DNA of 48,830 nucleotides from Corallococcus sp. AB045 (GTDB lineage Bacteria; Myxococcota; Myxococcia; Myxococcales; Myxococcaceae): NCBI RefSeq assembly GCF_003668895.1, contig NZ_RAWN01000061.1, positions 1 to 48,830 of the forward strand, read 5' to 3'. Shown piece by piece: positions 43,585 to 48,830 of this stretch (position 1 is its first letter; each line of letters starts with the position of its first letter). The notes under the pieces were generated by a model. It saw only the letters and a program-made list of their open reading frames with translations, ran no database searches and was not told where the DNA came from. The position numbers and the translations under genes were made by a program.

Positions 43585-44061
43585 ATGAGCAACCCCGGAG
43601 GGGTGGTCCGGGAGAGCGGTGCACGGTGGTTCGGCATGGGGGCCCTGGCGGCCCTCGCGCTGGCGGTGGTGGCGCCGGGATGCAGCGGCGACGAGTGCGT
43701 GGATGCGTTCGACTGCCGCGATGAGGGCGCGGCCCCCGCGGGCCAGGCCTGGACCTGCAACGCGGACAAGAAGTGCGAGCTGCGCACCCTGACGACGGAC
43801 GAGCAGGAGGAGCCCGAGACGGACGCGGGCACGGGCACCGACGCGGGCACGGGTGGCGAGACGGACGCGGGCACCGCCGATGCGGGCACCCAGGACGCGG
43901 GGACCGTCGACGCGGGCAGGCCCGTGGATCCCATCGAGGATCCGCGCACGCCCTCGGATGACGGTGGCTGCCAGGCCGTGGGGGGCCCCCTGTCCGGTGC
44001 GCTCGTCGCGCTGTTGCTCGGCGGGGGCCTGCGGGCCCGGCGTCGCTCACGGGCGCGTTAG
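43585..44061 (+). CDS. Cys-rich lipoprotein with TDAGT repeats and a MYXO-CTERM-type C-terminal sorting tail (158 aa).
   Basis: ATG 43585 has AAGGTGA upstream. Lipobox LALAVVAPGCSG. Repeats TDAGTGTDAGTGGETDAGTADAGTQDAGTVDAG. C-terminus GGCQAVGGPLSGALVALLLGGGLRARRRSRAR, i.e. Cys, a hydrophobic stretch and an Arg-rich tail. Confidence 0.7.
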   Translation: MSNPGGVVRESGARWFGMGALAALALAVVAPGCSGDECVDAFDCRDEGAAPAGQAWTCNADKKCELRTLTTDEQEEPETDAGTGTDAGTGGETDAGTADAGTQDAGTVDAGRPVDPIEDPRTPSDDGGCQAVGGPLSGALVALLLGGGLRARRRSRAR

Positions 44062-45092
44062 CGCTCGTACTCGTCGCACCCCGTCTCCTGCTTGGACGGG
44101 AAGGCGGACTTCTTCTCCTGGCGCACGTAGTCGTGGCTCTGGGAGAAGAGGTCCGGGCTGCTCACGGACACGGTGCCCTTCGCGGCGTCGGCCGTCTTCC
44201 ACTGGAGCGCCTCCGGCTTGCCGTCCGCGGCCGTGAGCCCCAGCACCCAGGCCCCGGCGCCCTTGCCGGGCTCCACGGACGTCACCTTCAGCGTCGTGGC
44301 CTCCTGACCCAGCTGCACCTCCACCTCGCCCGTCGCGGGCTTGACGGTGAAGCTGCGCGTCGCGGCCGAGCAGGGCTTGAGCACCACGAAGCCCTTGCCC
44401 TGCCGCGTCAGCTCCACCCACGTCCCCGCGAAGGGCTGGAGCTTGTCCGCGGCCACCGTTGCCTTGGCGGCCGTGGGCGCCGACTCCGCCGTACAGTCCA
44501 GATCCTCGCGCTTGAGCAGCCCCGCCGTGGCCTTCTGCGGCCCCTGGAAGCGCGCGGCGAGGAAGTCCGGCTCCACCGGGTCGACGTAGGCCTCCACCGC
44601 GTCGCCGGACACCACGAACGCCTTGCGCGGCGTGTTGGCCGCGTCCGACGCGTGGAAGCCCGCCTTGGACACCTTCACCTTGCAGATGCCCAGCGGCTTG
44701 GCGGTGCTCCGGGCGAACGTGTCCTTGCCCGGGTAGCCGGCTCCGCAACAGGACGGTGACGGACCCGACTCCAGCACGAACTGCTTGGGATTGACGCGCA
44801 GCGTCCAGGCGCCCTCCTCACCGGCCTGCCGAAGTGACCAATTCGTGACTGTCTTCTTCTGGACGACCAGGGCGCAATCACAGGTGCCCGCGCTGCTGCC
44901 CTGCGGGAACGAACCCGAGAAGTGCACGAGCGTCTCGTTGCTGCCCTCGACGATGGCCAGCGTCCCGCCCTTGTTCGAATAGACCCCTGTGAGTCCCTCG
45001 GACCCCTGAGCCGAGGCCTCCGGGACCGCGCTCGTGACGCAAATGGCAAACAGCAATGCCACACTTTTGAATTCCGGTTGGATCCTGAACAT
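44058..45092 (-). CDS. Secreted hypothetical protein with signal peptide (344 aa).
   Basis: Start is chosen at MFRIQPEFKSVALLFAICVTSAVPEASAQG with GGAGGA 9 nt upstream; the ORF extends to 45128. There is a 4-nt convergent overlap with the MYXO-CTERM gene. Confidence 0.65.
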   Translation of the reverse strand: MFRIQPEFKSVALLFAICVTSAVPEASAQGSEGLTGVYSNKGGTLAIVEGSNETLVHFSGSFPQGSSAGTCDCALVVQKKTVTNWSLRQAGEEGAWTLRVNPKQFVLESGPSPSCCGAGYPGKDTFARSTAKPLGICKVKVSKAGFHASDAANTPRKAFVVSGDAVEAYVDPVEPDFLAARFQGPQKATAGLLKREDLDCTAESAPTAAKATVAADKLQPFAGTWVELTRQGKGFVVLKPCSAATRSFTVKPATGEVEVQLGQEATTLKVTSVEPGKGAGAWVLGLTAADGKPEALQWKTADAAKGTVSVSSPDLFSQSHDYVRQEKKSAFPSKQETGCDEYER

Positions 45093-45285
45093 CCGATTGG
45101 TCCTCCTGGGCAGCTTCTTCAGTCTCAACGGATCGATCCGCTGAAACTGAAGTTGCCGGAATCACTGGTTTCACAGGATTGCGACTGGGAATGCGAAACT
45201 GATCGCATTGCCTTTCGATAATCGCTGCAATCCAAGCACGTCCGCGACGCCTCTGTTCGCGGCCAGACATAGAGGGGTCTTCTCC

Positions 45286-46887
45286 GTGACCGTCTCCAAT
45301 ATCCGCATCAAGTCGGGTGACACGCTTACCGGCCTCGCGAAGCGTTACAACACGACCGTCGACGCGCTGGCCAAGGCGAACAACATCAAGGATCCGAACA
45401 AGATCCAGGCCGGCAAGTCGCTGAAGGTGCAGGACGGCTTCGACACGAAGGGCACCACCAAGTCGAGCGCCGGGACGAAGACCTCGGGTGACAGCTTCAC
45501 GCAGTCCACGGACGGCGCGAAGGCGACGACGCCCGCGACGAACACGTCCTCCAGCAGCGCGACCAGCGGGGAGCTGGGTGGGCTGAGCCGCAAGTACGAG
45601 GCTCGTGGCCCCGGCACTGTGTCCACGGGCAAGGGCGACAAGGGCGGCGTGTCCTATGGCTCCTACCAGTTCGCCTCCGCGAACGGGTCCGCGCAGTCGT
45701 TCGTCAACTCGCTGAAGAAGACGAACCCGGATTTCCACAAGGCGCTGTCGGGCAGCAAGCCGGGCTCCGCGGAGTTCTCCGCCGCGTGGAAGCAGCTGGC
45801 GGCGAAGGACCCGAAGGGCTTCGACAAGGCGCAGCACGACTACATCAAGGCCACGCACTACGACAAGGGCGCCGCCAACATCAAGAATGCGACGGGCATC
45901 GACCTGGACAAGCGCTCCGCGGCGCTGCGGGACGTGGCCTGGTCCACCTCCGTGCAGCACGGCCCGGGCAAGGCGGATGACATCTTCAAGAAGGCGCTGG
46001 CCGGGCGCGACCCCGCGAAGGTGAGCGACGAGCAGCTCATCAAGGACATCTACGCCGAGCGCGGCCGCACCAACGGCAACGGCACCCTGGTGCACTTCTC
46101 CGGCAGCTCCAAGGACGTGCAGAAGGGCGTGGCCAACCGCTTCAAGTCGGAGGCGAAGGACGCCCTCGCGATGCTGAAGCAGGAGAAGTCGGGCGCCACG
46201 ACGAAGCCTGCCAACACCAACACGGGCGTGGTTCCCCCGTCCGTGAACAACGACTCGAAGCCGGGCCGCACGGAAGGCCAGGGCACGAACACCTCCAAGC
46301 CGACCACGGAGGCGGCCCCCGCGAACACGGAGCAGGTGGCCCCGTCCAAGGACAAGCCTGCGGTGCACGTGAAGGTGCCGTACTACAGCCAGTTCGAGAA
46401 CGGCCACGGCTACACCGCGAGCGACACGGCGTGCTTCAAGGCCGCGACGGCCATGTCGCGCGACGCGGGCGCGACCGTGCTGGGCCCCGACCGCCGCATC
46501 CAGGTGGGCACGAGCGAGAACGGCGTCGGCGCGCTGAAGGTGGACTCGAAGAAGGCCGCCGAGGGCCGCAACTACATCGACAAGCAGCTGGAGGCCGGCA
46601 AGCCGGTGGTGGTGGGCGTCAGCCACAAGGACGCGAGCTACAACGCGGACGGCCTCACGGACCACTTCGTGACCATCACGGGCCGCGGCGTCGACGACAA
46701 GGGCCGCACCTACTACACGTTCCACGACCCGGGCACGAAGAACGCCAGCACGGGCAAGGACACGAACCCGAACAACCGCTTCTACGTGGATGACAAGACC
46801 GGGAACATGTACCGCCCCGGCAAGGCCGCGAACGGCTACGTGACGGAGCGCCACTACGACGTGGCCATGGTGCGCCGCAACGCGTAG
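45286..46887 (+). CDS. Secreted LysM-domain protein with a C-terminal papain-like (Peptidase_C39-like) domain (533 aa). Possible cell-wall-binding hydrolase.
   Basis: GTG 45286 start (TVSNIRIKSGDTLTGLAKRYNTTVDALAKANNIKDPNKIQAGKSLKV is a LysM). The upstream part of ORF 45208.. is AT-richer leader-like sequence. C-terminus VPYYSQFENGHGYTASDTACFKAATAM...HFVTITG resembles the YSQ...C...M pattern of C39-like peptidases. Confidence 0.65.
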   Translation: MTVSNIRIKSGDTLTGLAKRYNTTVDALAKANNIKDPNKIQAGKSLKVQDGFDTKGTTKSSAGTKTSGDSFTQSTDGAKATTPATNTSSSSATSGELGGLSRKYEARGPGTVSTGKGDKGGVSYGSYQFASANGSAQSFVNSLKKTNPDFHKALSGSKPGSAEFSAAWKQLAAKDPKGFDKAQHDYIKATHYDKGAANIKNATGIDLDKRSAALRDVAWSTSVQHGPGKADDIFKKALAGRDPAKVSDEQLIKDIYAERGRTNGNGTLVHFSGSSKDVQKGVANRFKSEAKDALAMLKQEKSGATTKPANTNTGVVPPSVNNDSKPGRTEGQGTNTSKPTTEAAPANTEQVAPSKDKPAVHVKVPYYSQFENGHGYTASDTACFKAATAMSRDAGATVLGPDRRIQVGTSENGVGALKVDSKKAAEGRNYIDKQLEAGKPVVVGVSHKDASYNADGLTDHFVTITGRGVDDKGRTYYTFHDPGTKNASTGKDTNPNNRFYVDDKTGNMYRPGKAANGYVTERHYDVAMVRRNA

Positions 46888-46990
46888 TCCCCGGCGGCGA
46901 AAGCCCCTGGAAGTGATTCGGCCCGGCGACCTCGTGAAGAGGTCGACCGGGCCGTTGCACGTCATCCGTCTGTCATTCGAAGCGCCGGCC

Positions 46991-48586
46991 CTACGCTTGC
47001 GCCGCCTCGCGCCGAGCGGGCACCTCGCCGCGCAGCTCCGCGACCTCTGCGCGCAGGAGCCAGTCGGTCGGGAAGTCCGTGCTCGCCCGGGCGATCTGCT
47101 CCAGCCGCTCGGGGGCCAGCTGCCCCGTCTCGCGGATGCGGCGCACCTCCGTGTAGAGGGCGGCCAGCGACGGGGGCAGGGCCTGCGCCTTGCGCTCGCG
47201 CGCCTGGGCCTCGCCGTCGCCCGCGGTGAAGGCGTCCAGCTCCCCGAACCACTCGTCCCACGTGCCCGGGTCGGCGGGGCCGCCCGCCACGGACGGCAGC
47301 TGCTCCGTCAGGTACAGGCGCGCCATGGACGGCAGCGTCAGCTCCTGGCCGGCCAGCGTGCCACGCAGGGCAATCACCTCACCGCCGCCTACCGCGAAGC
47401 CCTCCAGCACCAGCCCGCTGTCGAGCGTGAGCGTGAAGCTCCCGCGCTCCGGCAGGGTGCCCTGGCCAAAGGCGACCAGCGCCGCGCCGCTGAACGGCTT
47501 GTCCACGGCGTGCCCGTTCACGGACGTGAGGATGGGGCCCTCCAGCCGGGCCAGCGCGGTGGACAGGCCCGGGGCCACGTCCTTCGCGGCGGGCAGCAGC
47601 TCCACCACCTTGCCCGTCACCTCGCGGCCGTCCGCGAGCACCAGGTGGTTCACCGTGCGCGCGCGCAGCGCCTCGTTCAGGCCCAGGTCGCCGCCGCGCT
47701 TCCACGCGAGCGTGGACTCGAACTCGGCCAGGACTTCGAAGAGGTGTTCAAAGTCGCGCGCCACGAAGAGCTGCGGCTGCATGCGGGTGATGTCGTAGTC
47801 CGTGTCCGCGCACGCCACGCCCAGCGGCAGCTTGTGCACGGCGGACGTCAGGCAGTGCCGGGCCTCGCCGATGCTGGACAGCAGGCCCGCGCCGTAGATG
47901 CGCGGGTGCTTCAGGTCACCAATCAGCCCGTACTCCGCGGTCCACCAGTACAGGCGGCTCGCGCGCGTGCTCTCGCTGATGTAGCGGTGGCTGGCGTTGG
48001 CGGCCTCCAGGCGGGCCTGGGCGTGGGCGATTTCTTCTTCCGTCGCGGTGGGGTCCTCCTTCACCACGGACAGGTTGCGGATGGCCTCGAAGACGGCCTG
48101 GTCCTCCACGCTGGCAATGGCCTTGAATCCCACCAGCCCCACGGCCTTGAGGTACTGCGCATAGCGCGCGTTGGCGATGATGGGCGCGTGGCCCGCGCTC
48201 TCATGGACGATGTCCGGCGCGGGCGTGTACTGGATGTGCTCGTGCGTGCGGATGTCCGCCGCGATGGCCAGCACGCCCAGCGCCTGCAGCTCCGTGAAGA
48301 CGGCCGGCGGGATGAAGCCGCGCACCGCCACGCAGGCCCAGCCCAGCTTGGACAGCTTCTCGTTCATCTCGTCCAGGCTGGGGATGGCCTCCGCGCCAAT
48401 GCCCGTGGCCTCCAGGCCCTCCAGGTAGACGGGGTGCGCCTTGTCGCTCAGGTGCTCGCGCAGCTGCCCCAGGATGTGCCGCCACACCGCCTGATCCCGG
48501 GGCGTGTACGCCGCGTAGTCCTGGCCCACCACGTAGCGGCGCAGGTGGGCGGGAAGACGGGCAATGGTCCGTTCCGTGGGCGTCAT
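46991..48586 (-). CDS. phhA: Phenylalanine-4-hydroxylase (biopterin-dependent aromatic amino acid hydroxylase) with a ~240-aa C-terminal extension (531 aa).
   Basis: Start at MTPTERTIARL with AAGGAG 10 nt upstream; the ORF extends to 48643. YVVGQDYAAYTPRDQAVWRHIL...LGWACVAVRGFIPPAVFTELQ...PAPDIVHESAGHAPIIANARYAQYLKAVG carries the HxxxxH iron-binding motif of PAH. Confidence 0.85.
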   Translation of the reverse strand: MTPTERTIARLPAHLRRYVVGQDYAAYTPRDQAVWRHILGQLREHLSDKAHPVYLEGLEATGIGAEAIPSLDEMNEKLSKLGWACVAVRGFIPPAVFTELQALGVLAIAADIRTHEHIQYTPAPDIVHESAGHAPIIANARYAQYLKAVGLVGFKAIASVEDQAVFEAIRNLSVVKEDPTATEEEIAHAQARLEAANASHRYISESTRASRLYWWTAEYGLIGDLKHPRIYGAGLLSSIGEARHCLTSAVHKLPLGVACADTDYDITRMQPQLFVARDFEHLFEVLAEFESTLAWKRGGDLGLNEALRARTVNHLVLADGREVTGKVVELLPAAKDVAPGLSTALARLEGPILTSVNGHAVDKPFSGAALVAFGQGTLPERGSFTLTLDSGLVLEGFAVGGGEVIALRGTLAGQELTLPSMARLYLTEQLPSVAGGPADPGTWDEWFGELDAFTAGDGEAQARERKAQALPPSLAALYTEVRRIRETGQLAPERLEQIARASTDFPTDWLLRAEVAELRGEVPARREAAQA

Positions 48587-48679
48587 CGCGAGCGGCTCCT
48601 TCAAGAGAAACAGGACTCCTGAAGAATACGCACCGCACTGCAAGACGGAAATCCGGCAGAATTCGACGTCTTCGTCGGA

Positions 48680-48830
48680 TTATCGCCGTTTGTTCAGGCG
48701 GCGACGCACCCCGTCAAGGATGGCTTGGACGGCGGGGCTGAGGCCGCCCGAGGGCCACAGGGCCACCACCTCCACGACCTGGGGCTCCTGTTCTCGCAGG
48801 GGCCAGACGTGGAGGTCGGGGGGGAACGGC
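48680..48830 (-). CDS. 3' end of an unidentified gene running off the window (partial).
   Basis: Minus-strand reading frame ...VVEVVALWPSGGLSPAVQAILDGVRRRLNKRR-stop, by hand translation only. Confidence 0.25.
   Translation of the reverse strand, partial: PFPPDLHVWPLREQEPQVVEVVALWPSGGLSPAVQAILDGVRRRLNKRR

Noticed and set aside
1-48830. Mobile elements, integrase, transposase, tRNA or rRNA genes.
   Set aside because: No DDE/tyrosine-recombinase-like ORF, no terminal inverted repeats flanking a block, and no rRNA/tRNA-like conserved stretches were seen. The phage-tail-like genes are not accompanied by capsid, terminase or integrase genes.

Overview
This 48.8-kb window is about 70% GC and most likely comes from a myxobacterial (Myxococcaceae-like) chromosome. 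Pointers are a MYXO-CTERM-type C-terminal sorting tail, a eukaryotic-like Ser/Thr kinase, an ECF sigma factor and many ATGA/GTGA-coupled genes. It falls into three blocks.

Block A (0.1-19.4 kb, plus strand) is a tightly translationally coupled operon of phage-tail-like baseplate parts. It encodes a P2 tail-protein-I-like wedge protein fused to Kelch repeats, a 2537-aa beta-helix fibre, a gpV/gp5-type spike, two tiny genes before the spike and six uncharacterised proteins after it. No sheath, tube, gp25/gpW or PAAR gene is visible in the window. The operon ends in a 3 x 110-bp tandem repeat, each unit carrying a perfect 27-bp palindrome. An 11-nt core of that palindrome (CTGTCCGACAG) also sits upstream of the first gene.

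Block B (19.9-33.2 kb, minus strand, convergent on A) is a second operon. It encodes a classical-clade AAA+ ATPase in the position of eCIS Afp15/Pvc15, then a 2713-aa protein with a ~400-aa disordered N-terminus, annexin-like repeats, a TM segment and a C-terminal HExxH motif. A zinc-ribbon protein, a hypothetical protein and a HEAT/FGE-sulfatase-domain protein follow. Blocks A and B together look like a divergent or partial extracellular-contractile-injection-system / tailocin-like locus with a giant candidate cargo.

Block C (33.4-48.8 kb) mixes housekeeping and accessory genes. These are a flavin reductase, Fe-SOD, an ECF sigma - SGL lipoprotein - zf-HC2::Ser/Thr-kinase::TolB-propeller trio, serC, a strongly terminated Cys-rich secreted peptide gene, and a full-length bacterial homologue of the eukaryotic major vault protein. 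A MYXO-CTERM lipoprotein, two secreted proteins (one LysM + C39-like) and an extended phenylalanine-4-hydroxylase complete the block.

The very long ORFs antisense to the giant genes are GC-bias artefacts. No rRNA, tRNA, CRISPR array, transposase or integrase was recognised.
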